Below, one piece after another: positions 1-12,566 of a stretch of DNA of 64,000 bases. The notes under the pieces are model-generated. The model was not told where the DNA came from, did not search any database, and was given only the letters and a program-made list of their open reading frames with translations. Position numbers and translations under genes: made by a program. How positions within the stretch are numbered: the first letter of the stretch is position 1; each line of letters begins with the position of its first letter. Source of the stretch: Chiloscyllium plagiosum (taxonomy: Eukaryota); contig NC_057745.1 of the NCBI RefSeq assembly GCF_004010195.1, forward strand, positions 10,194,637-10,258,636, in the 5' to 3' direction.

Positions 1-407
1 CTGGAGCCTCGGAGACTGAGGGGTGACCTTATAGAGGTTTACAAAATTATGAGGGGCATGGATAGGATAAATAGACAAAGTCTTTTCCCTGGGGTCGGGG
101 AGTCCAGAACTGGAGGGCATACATTTAAGTTGAGAGGGGAAAGATATAAAAGAGAACTAAGGGGCAACTTTTTCACGCAGAGGGTGGTACGTGTATGGAA
201 TGAGCTGCCAGAGGATATGGTGGAGGCTGGTACAATTGCAACATTGAAGAGGCATTTGGATGGGTATATGAATAGGAAGAGTTTGGAGGGATATGGGCCG
301 GGTGCTGGTAGGTGGGACTAGATTGGGTTGGGATATCTGGTTGGCATGGACAGGTTGGACTGAAGGGTCTGTTTCCATGCTGTACATCTCTATGACTCTA
401 TGACTCT
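1..407 (+). mobile_element. CR1/HER1-type LINE 3' end
   Basis: ORF2 C-terminus (GHTFKLRG...FFTQRVVRVWNELP) and (ctatgact)n tail. Confidence 0.9.
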
Positions 408-409
408 GA

Positions 410-1640
410 GTGCTCTCAGGACCCTACAAGTTTCAATAAGATCACTTCATTTTTTCCAAATTCTAAATGTACAGATGTCTGACCTGTCCAATCTTTTCCT
501 CATAAATAATCCCATCATCCCCCATATAAATTGAGTGAATCTTCTCTGAACTGCATGCAGGTCTCTACACCCTTATTTGAATAATTAGATGAAATATTGA
601 GATGTAAGCAGCACACAAGATGGGCCTCACCAACACACAGTACATTAAAAACCATCCGTATGTTTATATTCCATTCTGCTTGCAATAAATGACTAAATTC
701 CATTTGCCTTTCTCATCACTTGTCATTCTGTAAGCCAACTTTGAGATTCCCATAAAAGGAAACCCCCATCTTTTAGTTCCTCAGAGTTTTGCAATCTGTT
801 TTGATTTAAATAACATGCCATAAATCTAGTCTTGCTGCCAAAGTGGACAAGTTCCCATTTTCTCAGATTATACTCCATCTGCCAATTTTTGCCGACTCTC
901 TTGAACAGTTCTTAAAAGGGCTGTGGATAGATCATAACCCTTTCACTGCTTGCTTTTCTTCCTTTCTCTGTCTCATTCGTACATTTAGAAACCATACATT
1001 CAGTTTCCTCATTTAAACCATTGATATAAATTGTAAACAACTGAGGTCTCAACACAGATACCTGGCGCTCACCACTTGTCACACCCGGCATACCCAAAAC
1101 GGAACAACTTTATGTGCACCCTGTGCTTCCATTTAACCTACCAATCCTCTCTCTGTAGTTGGATATGATCGTCTACACCATGTTGTCTTATTTTGCACAA
1201 TAACCTTCGATATGGCACCTTGTCAAATGCCTTCTGGAAATCTAAGTGCAGTATTTACATGAAAAGGAAAGGTTTGGAGAGATTTGGGCCAGAAGCAGTT
1301 GGGTGGGACTAGTTTAGTTTGGGATTATGTTTGGCCTGGACTGGTTGGACTGAAGGATCTGTTTCCGTGCTGCATGACTCCATACCCACACGTTCTCCTT
1401 TATCTTTGTGGCTTGTTACTTCCATTTCACGAATATATTTTATGACTTTGCCTGATTGCATTAAGATTTTCAAAGTGACCTGCTATAATCTCCTTTATAA
1501 CAAATTCCAACATTTTCCATCTGACAGATATTAGGCTCAATGGTATGTGATTTCCTGTTGCTCTGTTCATGTTTTCTTTAGCAGAGGAGTCATGGTCACT
1601 ATTTCTCAATCTCGTTAGAACTTTCCAGAATCTATGGAAT
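410..1640 (-). mobile_element. Degraded CR1 RT fragment (minus), interrupted by a short plus-strand CR1 tail at ~1260-1380
   Basis: VTSG..SVLRPQLFTIYIN RT motif in ORF 912-1097; IPLSLISVRWKMLE motif in ORF 1427-1609. Confidence 0.7.
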
Positions 1641-4044
1641 TTTGGAAAATTTAAGCCAAAGTCCTAACTGTAAAATTATGTCGGCAGCCATTTCCTTGGC
1701 ATTCAATTAGAGCCAAGGTACTCTAATTTTTGTTCTAATATCCAAAGTACCCTTTTGCCTAGTGACTGTAATTCTTATAAGTTCCTTGTTCCCTTTCACA
1801 TGCTGATGTACAATTATTTCTGGAATGTTACTTGTATTCCTCTTCAATAAAGACAGGTCTAGAATATCTATTCAATTCACCTGTGTGTTCCTTATTTCCT
1901 ATTATTAATTCCCTGACTCACCTTCAAATGGACCATTACTTACTTTTTTCCTTTTTAAAGGCCTGTAGAAACTCTCACAATCTGTTTTTACACATCCAGC
2001 CAGCTTTTACTCATTTGTTCAAATTTCTCAGTCTTACTAATCTTCTTTATTGTTTTTATATTCATCCAAGCTTCAAACCTGTCATTCATCATCATGAATT
2101 ATTTTTTCTACCAATACAAAACGACATGTGAAAGTTGGAAATATGTACATGGTTCACAATCAGCACTCTTTACATTTGGGGCTATGAGCATACCTTGGCG
2201 TCATCTCCTTTTGGTGGCAGAAGAAGTTTACTAGACTTGAAAGAACAACTGGTTCAGAAACAAACCATTGCTGACCAACTAGTCAAGAAGGAACCAGTAG
2301 AAGGTTTAATTGAGCTTCCTAGATTAATGGCAGAACTCAAACAGCAAGAATAATCTAATGACACAACCTACTTTGGCATAAGAGAACCCGGTCCAAACTA
2401 TCAACAGGAAAAGGGTCAGATTTTAAATGAGTGTTGTAAATGTTCAATCCTCTATATTCTAAAATACAGCAATCTATGTGCGTGACAAAGACAATGCTGA
2501 GTGACCAGCAATCTTCCAGTGACATGATTGCAGATGTGGAAAAGTCAAGTTCATTGGTCAAACAATGTCAGCAGCTAACAGAAGACACCAACATGATCAG
2601 ATAGAGGAAAAAGCTGAGCTTCATATAATTTCATGAAAGCCTGGCTAAAGTCCACAGATTCTGGACATGATCATAAAGAATAAACTGTCTGGTGTAAAAC
2701 ATGCAAGAAAGAGAATGTCTATTCAAATTAAGAAGCAGGTGCCTGGTCATGGAAATCCAGGCTACATTGAAGAAGAATAGTATTGTTTGACAGAAAAACT
2801 AACCTTCATAACAAACATTCGTTAAATTAAATGTCCTCCAGATAAGACAATGCCTCTTCTGTTTAGATTCACCAGTGGTTTATCCTCCACCATGGATCAT
2901 TACATAGAACCCAGAGTCAGCATAGAAAAGGAGGGATTGGTGAAAGTGAATTATCTAAACCAGAATAACACATAGTGATGTAGTGGCTATGACTATAATA
3001 TCCATAAGTGGCTGTGGATAGAAACAGAGCCTATATGTTAGTTGATGATCTTTTGTCAGAACAGATTACAATACAGCTTTCTTATTCATTATAAATAACT
3101 TTCAATAAATATTAAACTAGTGCCAACTGGAAAGACCATCTCTTATAAACCTGTTACCAAATACAAATATATGAATGAAGAACAGGAGAAAGACATCAGA
3201 TCCTTTCAGAATTCATTGATGTGAATATGGCCTCAATTGTATGTCTCACACATCTCAAACTCAAACTGAAAGTGAAATTCGAACAAATTATGATCACTGT
3301 GGCTGATGGGACTTTTTGCCATGAAATCCTAACTAATCCTGTTTCATTGCACATTTCCTGGGGTAGAATGGTTTGCCGACTGGTTGACACTGGAACATAG
3401 TGCTCCAAGGAATTGCCCCAAGTGCACTCAAAGAACTTATTTCCAAGCCATTTTTGTCCATGTAGATTTATCTAATCAACCTGCAGATTAATGTAGCCCA
3501 TGTTTTTGTAGTACCTTTCCAACAAGCCCCGTTATTTAGGAACATAGGAACAGGAGAAGGCCATTGACACTACCTATGTTGACAGAAGAGAACTGGTCTA
3601 TATTATCAACAGGAAAAATCCATCAATTTGTTCTTCCATTCAAATTTGATCATCTACATAAATTCACTTTCAGAAAGCTATTGACTTCTGTCTTGAACAT
3701 CCTCAATGATTGAGCTTCCACAGCCCCCGGGGGTAGAGAATTCTGAAGATTCACCACCCTCTGAGTAAAGAAATGCTTCCTTATCTCAGTCTTAAATGGC
3801 CTACTCACTTTCCTGAGATAAAACAGAAAGTGCTTGAGATGCGTTCCCTGGTTTTTTTGATATACTTCATCCTATGGTGTGACTATTGTTAGGGATCTGT
3901 CAACCGCTGCAACTTACTTCCTCACTTTCCTGGACCTGATTCAGTGCCTGGATCTTTTGTACTGAGGTATTCTCCCACTGCTAAACTAATGTATTCAGGG
4001 ACAAAGTGTTTACTTTTTTAGAAACTTATTTTGCACAATCTGAT

Positions 4045-4430
4045 GTTGTAGAGTCATTGAATTATAGACATGTGCAGCACAGAAACAGACCCTTTGGTCC
4101 AACTTGTCCATGCCGACCAGATGCCCAAAGCTAACCTAGTCCCGTTTGCCAGCACTTGGTCCATATCTCTCTAAACCTTCCTATTCGGATACCCATCCAG
4201 ATGCCCTTTAAATGTTGTAATTGTACCAGCCTCCACCACTTCCTTTGGCTACGCACACACACGCACCACCCTCTGCGTGAAAACGTTGCCCCTTAAATCT
4301 CTTTTATATCTTTCCTCTCTCACCCCAAACCAGTTCTGGACTCCCTCACTCCAGGGAAAAGACCTTGACTATTTACTCTATCTATGCCCCTCATGATTTT
4401 ATAAACCTCTATGAGGTCACCCCTTAGCCT
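4045..4430 (-). mobile_element. CR1 3' end (same family as 1-407)
   Basis: Reverse-complement similarity to 1-400. Confidence 0.85.
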
Positions 4431-5334
4431 GTTGGTGCACTCTTTGGTTTGTACATTCTTTCCCCTCCTGCTACACTTACGTTATCATTGCTTGTGTTTT
4501 TACCCTATACGATGACATGCTCTTTTCTCTTAAATTTACCACATTGTCTTGTCTTGATTCCTCCCCTAAAATTTAGTTTGTTGCCCTTGCTGTAACTCTC
4601 ACCATAACATCGGTTTTGATATGAGGACAGTCCCATTGGTACATCTTCCAGTATTCGTGCAATTAAACTTACTTCTCCTAGTCTTTCGGTCATGCACTTA
4701 CATCTCCTATATTTACCCTTTGTAAATTTGGTTATGGTTCAGATAGTAATCCATAGATTATCACCATTTTCTTTCTGCATTTTAATTTAGCCCCTAGCTG
4801 TTCATAAACCCTATGTAAAATTGCCCCTCCTAGTCCTATCTCTGGTGATGTTGTCCACAAGAATCATGACTCCTAAATCCTCCCACTCCTGCTGCAAGTT
4901 CCTGTCCAACTGTGAGCTGATGTTTCAACAGTATGCAGAGTCCTCCGGACTCATGTTTTCAGTTGCAGACTGTTTGTCTATCCCCCTGACTATACATATT
5001 CCACATTCCTATTTGCTCCACTCACTTGGAAAACTTCCTTCATAATTCACACCACAGGAGCCTCGAGCATCGACAAATTTGCTTAAAATTGTTAGATAAT
5101 TACACCATCTGAGGCTCCTCCATTCATACTTTCTCGACCCCCTTACCTGCCTTACTCACGGTCTCATTTCATTGTTCTGACCACAGCTTAAATCAGGAGA
5201 ACTTAACTTCAGGATTGTGACCTCAGCCACAAAGTGGTCAGGTAATATTCCACTTTCCTATGCACTGCAGTCACCATCACCCTAATCCAGCTCATCAACT
5301 CTAATCTGAAGAGACGGAAGGTAAATAGTAAAGT

Positions 5335-5545
5335 TGCTGAAGTCTCACCAGGTCACAGGGCTGCTCTGTCATTGCAGATAGACAACAGGTGGTGGATTAA
5401 CCTGAGGGTTACCATGCCTTAGATGAGGGGAGTAAGTGAGGAGAAGAGTTCTTCATGGTCACCTCAGTCAGTGCAGCAATTAAACTCACGCTGTTGGTAT
5501 GACTCTGTGTTGCAAATCAGCTATCTCCAACTGAGCTAACCAACC
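5335..5545 (-). mobile_element. tRNA-derived SINE, second family (also ~37810-37945, ~47596-47720, ~62590-62765)
   Basis: Shared ctgctctctcattagagagag...tggtttaacctgagg body; tRNA-like head tagctcagttgg...ggttcaatt. Confidence 0.6.
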
Positions 5546-5569
5546 CCCACTCCCTTAAGTTGTAGATAC

Positions 5570-5945
5570 TTATTGCATATATATTCTAACCAACCTGTTC
5601 AGAAATATTATTACACATCTATGGAGTATATGGGACTTGAACTCAGGCAACCTGCTTCAGGGGTGGGACGCTAACAAATCACCACAAACCCATCACTTAC
5701 TGCACTGATATATTTAATCAACCTGTCCAGAGATATTATGATACACCTCTGAGCAGGTCGACTGGGACCCAGGCCTCCTGGCTCAGAGATGCAGACCTTG
5801 GCACTGCATCACAAGAACCCTCACATACAGCTTTCTGAAAAAAAAACTATTTTTCTAATTAATGTGTGCAGATATGCCATTACACATGCCTGAAGCATGT
5901 GAGACTTGAACCCAAGCTTTCTGAACCACTCTGCTACAGGACGGC
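5570..5945 (-). repeat. Three tandem degenerate ~125-bp tRNA-derived units
   Basis: Repeated aacctgt.caga.atatt...acac...gggacttgaacccagg (B-box on minus strand). Confidence 0.55.
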
Positions 5946-6128
5946 CAAGTTACTGCTCATGTGATTGCTCTGACACACAACAGCTGAAACATATTAGCTT
6001 AATTATTTTAATTTAATACTCTACAGACCACCCACGAATGCAATTAATTAAACTTCTGTAATAATAAACATTACGACTGACAAATAAACCAGAAAATTTA
6101 ACAGCGACAAACCAAAGAAGTGCATATG

Positions 6129-6530
6129 CAGAAGAACCTCAATTATCTGAGTGAGATGGACGTGCACTATTTCATTCGGATAATTGATTATTCGGTTAAT
6201 TGATTCAATGCCTCTCCTCTTGGGCTCAGAGTTTTCTGAAGTTTCCTTTTTCCTTGCTCTGCCTGCCTTGTTCCCTCGCTCTGTCTCAGGGTTTGTTTCT
6301 GAGCAGATTCACACTTGTGTGTAAGGGACCTGCAGCATTGCTGAAGCCTCCCATACCCCCAGTTCAATGGGATTGACACAGCGAGAAGCTCCACTCTCCG
6401 TTCAGGAGACTAGGCAGCAGCACACTGAGTGCGAGCCCCGCGCTCCTATCCGCCCCCACCCTCACCCTGCGCCCCTCCCCGCGCCACCACGTCTGCTTCC
6501 CATCGTCCACTCTGCCCCCAACCCCATCCA
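6129..6530. mobile_element. Tc1/mariner (Tigger-like) DNA transposon terminal fragment
   Basis: Begins cagaagaacctcaattatctga, resembling the CAGTAGAACCTC..TTATCCG termini, followed by the subterminal ttcggataat..attattcgg hairpin; no second TIR seen. Confidence 0.4.
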
Positions 6531-6569
6531 ACACCATGGGTGAATGTTAACACACGATTTACTGCAGTC

Positions 6570-6583
6570 CTTCATCAGTAAGT
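6570..6583 (+). promoter_or_regulatory. Putative splice donor of 5' non-coding exon, UGT copy 1 (CTTCATCA|GTAAGT, GT at 6578)
   Basis: Consensus donor; following ~130 nt homologous to 45011-45140. Confidence 0.7.
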
Positions 6584-6727
6584 AAAAGATTACAATTTCA
6601 TGGGAAGGAGTTTTGTAAATGAAATGTTAAAATTAATCTTTCAACTTTGATAGCTAATATTTTCTGGCCAGATATGTTGAGGTGCTTTGTTTCCATGGAA
6701 CCATCTTGCAGAACAACAGATGTAATA

Positions 6728-7282
6728 TGCAAGAGCTGCAGATGTTGGATACCTGAAACAATAAAAACAGAAATTGGTGTAGGGACTAGCAGGTCAGGCA
6801 ACATCTGTGGAGAGAAAACAGTTAACGCCAAAACTATTGAATGTTTTGAGTGGTCACTGGACTTGAAATGTTAACTCTGTTTCCCTCTTCACAGATGCTG
6901 CCAGACCTGCTGCTTCTCTGGCAATTTTTATTTGGCTTATTTCAGATTAGATTACTTTACAGTGTGGAAACAGGCCCTTCGGCCCAACAAGTCCACACCG
7001 ACCCGCCGAAGCGCAACCCACCCATACCCCTACATTTACCCCTTATCTAACACTAGGGACAATTTAGCATGGCCAATTCACCTGACCCTGCACATCTTTG
7101 GACTGTGGGAGGAAACCGGAGCACCCGGAGTAAACCCACGCAGACACGGGGAGAACGTGCAAACTCCACACAGTCAGTCGCCGGAGGCGGGAATTGAACC
7201 CGGGTCTCTGGCGCTGTGAGGCAGCAGTGCTAACCACTGTGCCACCGTGCCGCCCACTCCAGCATCTGCAATTCTTTGTTTT
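6728..7282. mobile_element. Penelope-derived fold-back mini-element with degenerate hammerhead, split by a SINE
   Basis: Inverted arms ctgcagatgttgga...aaacagaaattg / caatttt...ccagcatctgca. Confidence 0.6.
6944..7255 (-). mobile_element. HE1-like V-SINE
   Basis: tRNA head ggcggcacggtggcacagtggttagcactgctgcctcacagc, V domain gtgtggagtttgcacgttctccccgtgtctgcgtggg, (taatc)n tail. Confidence 0.9.
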
Positions 7283-8204
7283 AACTTGGTGTATGATCAC
7301 CCAAAGTTCTCTTCATTCAACACCATTCTTCAAGATGAGACAATTGCATGCCACTCTATTTTAAGAAAGATGTAATGAAAATCAGGCAGTTAAAGTGTTG
7401 ACCTAACATCAGTTATTGTGAAATTTGTTGAAGCTGCAATTCACTACAGAGTGGCTGAATATGACTTGTTGAACAGGTTACTCTGGATATATGTTGAAAC
7501 TTGCTTCTCTGTGTTTACCAGTTGCCGATCCAACAAATCTGCTTCTGTTGTATCCAAGTGTTAATTTCACACAGGAAGCCATTTAGCCTATAGTCTGATT
7601 TGTTCAATGCATTGCCAAATTAGATCACAACTGTCTGAAAATGCCCATAAGCTCAAGTAAAATTGTGGTGCAAAGAACAAAAATGCTGACTGATTTTCAA
7701 AGTTTGTGAAAGTTTGAAATCACAGGGATTTGTGTATGCTTTACAAAAAGCATTGTTAGCATGCAGGATCTACAAACAGTCAACAAGGAAATATATTGCC
7801 GTGCCTTCATGTCGCTGGGAATTACCTCCCGAACGGCATTGTGGGTCAACCGACAGCAGCTGGGTGACATAAGGCAGCTCACCACCGCCTTCTCAAGGAC
7901 AAATAGGGATGGGTAATAAATGCTGGCCAGCCAGCGATGTTCACATCCCACAAATGAATAAACCATTTTTCGGTATTTAACAGAGTAGCTGCTGAGAAAC
8001 TGTTTCCTTTGGGCCATGGGTTGTCCAGAGCTCATGTCATGATTTCTGGTTAAAGGTAGCTATTTAGGACAGAGATGCAGAAGAATTCCTTCATAGAGGC
8101 TGTGAATCTTTGGAATCCTCTAAATCAGAGAGGTACATGGGAATATTACCTCATTGATTTGGGGTTAAGGAAAATGGGGCCAGTGTGGAAGTTGAATCAT
8201 GAGG

Positions 8205-8578
8205 TACAATGGTGGAGTAGTGGTCATGTCATGGATTGTAACTTAGAGGCTCAGGCTAATGATCTGGGGCATGGGTTCAAATCCTGCCATGGCAGCTGCT
8301 GGAATTTTAAATCTGTTCATAAATTAAGAATATTCTCAGTAATGGTAAACATAACAAATATTGTTAATTGTTGCTAAAGCACTTCTAGTTCACTAACAGT
8401 CATCATGGAAGGAAACCTACTGTCCTCGCCTGGTCTGACTAATATATGACTCCGTATCCACAGCAATGATTTTAACTGCCACTCTGAAATGGTTGAATAA
8501 GTCACTCATTTCAAGGACAGAGTGATGGGCAATAATGGCAGTCTGCCATTGATGCCCACATCTCCTGGAAGAATAACG
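8205..8578 (+). mobile_element. tRNA-derived SINE, third family (also minus copy ~17225-17810 interrupted by a CR1 tail, and short copy ~23400-23500)
   Basis: A/B boxes tggtggagtagtgg / gggttcaaatcc; LINE-like 3' tail gatgggcaataa...gatgcccacatc..gaataa. Confidence 0.6.
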
Positions 8579-8654
8579 GAAAATAATGTAATCATGATGA
8601 AACTTATAGCTTCTTGCTAATATTTGTAAAATGTCCATTGACATGATATCATGA

Positions 8655-8685
8655 ACATTTCGATTCACTTCCTCAACAGGATCTG
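8655..8685 (+). promoter_or_regulatory. Splice acceptor of UGT copy 1 coding exon (CAG|GATCTG, exon starts 8680)
   Basis: Pyrimidine tract + AG|GATCTG shared by all three copies. Confidence 0.7.
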
Positions 8686-8705
8686 GATATCACTTATTTT
8701 GGACA

Positions 8706-10320
8706 ATGGAATGTCCTGGATGGAAATGCAGATAAAAAAATTGCATATATTGTTAGCATCATCATCAGCATATCTTACCCTGTAACACAGGGAGCTAATA
8801 TATTGGTTGTACCTGCTGAGGGAAGTCACTGGGTTAATATGAGAATTCTAATGGAGGAACTGAAACTTCATGGGCACAACAATACTGTGTTTTATTTCTC
8901 AACATTTCGGTATGCTGAAGAGATGCCTGACTTATATCAATCGATTGTCATTCAGCTGCAAGGAGATGTTGGGAAAACTACAAGTCAAGCGATTTCGCAA
9001 GATTTTATACAAAAATCTATGAATGTTTTACAGAATGGTTCCAAACCGTTGAGTTTCATCAAGCACCAATATAAACTAATGACAACAGTCCACATTGCTC
9101 ATACTTACCTTCAAAGTCTTATCCATGCTGTTTTTCAGAACAGGAGTTTGTTAAATGAACTTGGAAATGCGCACTTTGACATGATAATTGCTGATCCTGT
9201 TTTCCCTGTCGGTCCAATGCTTGCTTATTATTTGAAGCTGCCTTTGGTGTATAATGTTGGTTGGCTCACTAGTGGAGAAGCTGATTTTCTATCTGCCCCA
9301 TCACCACTGTCCTATGTCCCAGTCCTTGGTTCAAAATTGGCAGATAAAATGAGTTTCCTCCAAAGAACTAAAAATTTCATATTGTATTTTCTTCAAACTT
9401 CTGTTACAGGTTTTATTTTTCATCCAATGTACAATGAACTCTGCCATCACTATCTGGGCCCAGACACAGACATTGAGACTGTTCTCCTAAGGGCAGATGT
9501 GTGGCTGATGAGAGTAGACTTTACATTTGAATTCCCGAGACCCACCATGCCCAATATTGTTTATATTGGAGGATTCCAGTGTAAACCACCCAAACCTCTA
9601 GAGGCAGAGTTTGAAGAGTTTGTGCAGTCCTCAGGGGAACATGGGGTTATTGTCATGTCAATGGGGACTATTGTCAATTCTTTGCCAATGCATATTACAA
9701 TGCAAATAGCAGAGGCCTTTGCTCAATTACCTCAGAAGGTTATCTAGAGACACAATGGAGAGACCCCTCCCAACACTGGAAATAATACACTACTGGCAAA
9801 ATGGATCCCTCAGAGTGATCTACTTGGACACCCTAAGACAAGAGCCTTCGTTGCCCATGGTGGCACCAATGGGCTTTATGAAGCCATCTATAATGGAATG
9901 CCAGTAGTTGGCATACCTTTATTTTATGACCAGTTTGATAATTTACTCAGACTTGAAGTCCGAGGTGCAGCAAAAGTGATAAACATTGCAACCATGCAGT
10001 CAACAGATCTATTGCAGGCACTTAATGAGGTTATATATGACACATCTTATCGGGAGAACATGCAGAAACTCTCTGCTCTCCACAGAGACCAACCCGAGTC
10101 TCCAATGGATAGAGCTATTTTCTGGGTTGAGTATGTTGCCCGACACAAAGGGGCACCACATTTGCGCCCAGAATCTTACCGACTCCCCTGGTACGTTTAC
10201 TATTGTGTAGATGTGATGATCTTCCTGGTGTCTTTGTTCTTCATGGGTACAGTGGTGACAGTCCTACTACTGAGAAACCTTTGTTACATCTCTCGGAAGG
10301 AGAAGCAAAAAACCCAGTAA
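8706..10320 (+). pseudogene. UGT5-like pseudogene (copy 1)
   Basis: ATG 8706 (MECPGWKCR) aligns with copy 2 start; TAA at 8733-8735 plus a +1 shift in the A run; in-frame TAG at 9745-9747 replaces the conserved Trp (KVI*RHNGE); ORFs 8803-9747 and 9898-10320 are collinear with copy 2. Confidence 0.9.
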
Positions 10321-10594
10321 GATTAATGTGGTTGAATTGAAAAAGATGCTTCGATAATTTTCAATTTATCAATGGTCATTTCATCCAGTATCTAATTCAT
10401 TCCATCCAGTTGGCATTAATTTGAATTAATGCTTTGAGGAAAGTATCACAGGAGTGACATGCCAGTTAATACTAGACCTCGTGAATAGATGCAGACATGG
10501 ACATGGTGTACTTAAATTTTAAAGAAACAGTGCTTTGTCCAAAACAAATCATCATATTAGTTCACGCGCGATCATGAATTTAAAATAAAGACAC

Positions 10595-10772
10595 ATGACA
10601 ACAAGTTATAGTCAAACAGATTTATTTGAAATCACAAACTTTCAGAGTTCTGCTGCTTCATCAGATGAAGGAGCAGCACTTTATAAGCTTGTGATTTTAA
10701 ATAAACCTGTTGGACAATAACCTGGCATCATGTGACTTCTGTCCACCCCAGTTCAACACCGGCACCTTCACC
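10595..10772. mobile_element. Penelope-derived fold-back mini-element (hammerhead family B, degenerate)
   Basis: Inverted arms ttatagtc.aacag.tttatttg / aataaacctgttggac.ataacc around gatgaaggagcagcac. Confidence 0.65.
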
Positions 10773-11147
10773 TGTTGGTTAAAATAAAGACGATGAGGAA
10801 TTTGGAATTCATTGGCAGAGGAGACAATTTTTGTCACAATTTGCTGATCTATTGTCTCCAGTTGAATTTTCCCAATAAAATTCTATCCTTTTTGTTTTAT
10901 TTGGTCTTTTATTTGCTTCCTCTGTGCTGCCATACACTGGTAATGCTGATATGTGGACATGTTGAAAGTAAGTTTTCCTTTCATAAACTTCACTCTGCCA
11001 TGCAATTATTTCCTCAGCTGCCACAAGGATCATTTACTGCACAAATGACTTTCTTTTCCTCCATACAATATCTTGAGCAGCAACCTCAAAAAAAAATTAA
11101 CATTCCACATCTGTAAATCTTTTTCTTCTCATTTATCAAATTGCATT

Positions 11148-11488
11148 TTAGATTAGATTAGATTAGATTAGATTACTTACAGTGTGGAAACAGGCCCTTC
11201 GGCCCAACAAGTCCACACCGACCCGCCGAAGCGTATAGCACCCAGACCCATACTCCTACATTTACCTCTTCACCTAACACTACGGACAATTTAGCATGGT
11301 CAATTCACCTAACCTGCACATTTTTGGATTGTGGGAGGAAACCGGAGCACCGGAGGAAACCCACGCAGACACGGGGAGAATGTGCAAACTCCACACAGAG
11401 AGTCGCCTGAGGCGGGAATTGAACCCGGGTCTCTGGCGCTGTGAGGCAGCAGTGCTAACCACTGTGCCACTGTGCCACCGTGCCGCCC
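11148..11488 (-). mobile_element. HE1-like V-SINE
   Basis: As 6944-7255; long (attag)n tail. Confidence 0.9.
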
Positions 11489-11699
11489 ATTTTCTGATGC
11501 ATGTATTTGGATTCTGTGGTTCTCTCTGACTATTAGAGCTAACCTCAGCTGGGATCATCACAATTACTGGAAGTTAGAAATATTGCTGTTGAATAGCAAC
11601 TGCTGCAGTATTGAACAATAGGAAGGCAAATACGTCTGCAAACATTTTCTTGATATGGTAGTACTGAATGTAAGACAGGCATAAATAACAAACTATTGT

Positions 11700-11843
11700 G
11701 AATTTTTTTAATAGGTATTTATTGAAAAAAGAAAATTTAAGATTTTTTATAAAATTACAAAAGTAATACAAACAAGTATAAACATCAATATAACATTAAA
11801 TAAATAAGAAGAAAAAATAAATAATAAACAAGAAAGAAAAACC
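11700..11843 (-). mobile_element. Poly(A)-terminated retroelement 3' end (L1/Tx1-like)
   Basis: Minus strand reads T-rich UTR, AATAAA, then A tail. Confidence 0.4.
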
Positions 11844-11919
11844 CAAGCCTCTATCTATGGCTAACAGAACTGAAAAGACATGAGTATGCGGCACAAGACA
11901 TATTCTATGCACCATTGCA

Positions 11920-12566
11920 CCATTACAGTCACACTCTGATGTCCCTGATCACTAACTGGATGTGAATTACTTAATCTCCCAGGTGTGACTGCCTCCTGAA
12001 ACAAAGTGTCCAGGTAACTCTCCCCCTCCTGGATGCGCCGCAGTGTTTGAAGCTCAGATTCCAGATCATCAACTCTGATCCAGAGTTCTTCCAGCAACCA
12101 ACACTTGCTGCAGATGTGGTCACTGCTGTTCACAATGGGATCAGCCAGCTCCCACATCATACAGCTACAGCACACCACCTGACCAGCCATCTCTGCTTAG
12201 TTAATTACTTTATTACTTTGTAAAGGTTTGAGTTAAAATACTTTCTGATACCTCTCTGCTATAGTCATTTTCTAAAAACCAATTAATGGATAAACAGTAC
12301 TTAGTAAGGGGGTTAGAGGAGGAGGGCGGGTGGGAGACACTACGGTTGTAAAGTCTCGGGTTTAGCCACCTTCCTGATTTATATACTCACTGCTTTCCTT
12401 CCCGGCTGCCCCTCTGGTCATCGTCACTTCCCCCTGCTGCTCTCGCTCTTCCTGTGAAGAGAAAAAAAAACACCGCTGTCCGCTACCGGTAAGTAATTTT
12501 AAAACAAACTGTCTTACCTTAGTTGTAGCCTTCCAGGTCGTTTAAACTCAGCAGTTGCTCGCACTC
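11920..12566 (-). mobile_element. CR1 5' UTR and ORF1 N-terminus
   Basis: MAGQVVCCSCMMWE...HICSKCWLLEELWIRVDDLESEL zinc finger/coiled coil of CR1 ORF1. Confidence 0.85.

Noticed and set aside
6932-7300. Recurrent small ORFs (HIFGLWEETGAP, VVSTAASQRQRPGFNS) suggesting a peptide family
   Set aside because: Translations of SINE copies
6536-9747. Rescue of copy 1 by an ATG in the leader exon (frame is open from the acceptor at 8680 to 9747)
   Set aside because: The in-frame ATG at 6536 hits TAA after four codons, the ATG at 6544 is out of frame, and the TAG at 9745 would still truncate the protein
9745-9747. Stop-codon readthrough or recoding at the TAG
   Set aside because: Simple TGG>TAG change; the gene has a second lesion and motif decay
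9986-10210. Conserved overlapping ORF (MQPCSQQIYC) also at 56655-56879
   Set aside because: Off-frame shadow of the homogenised UGT block
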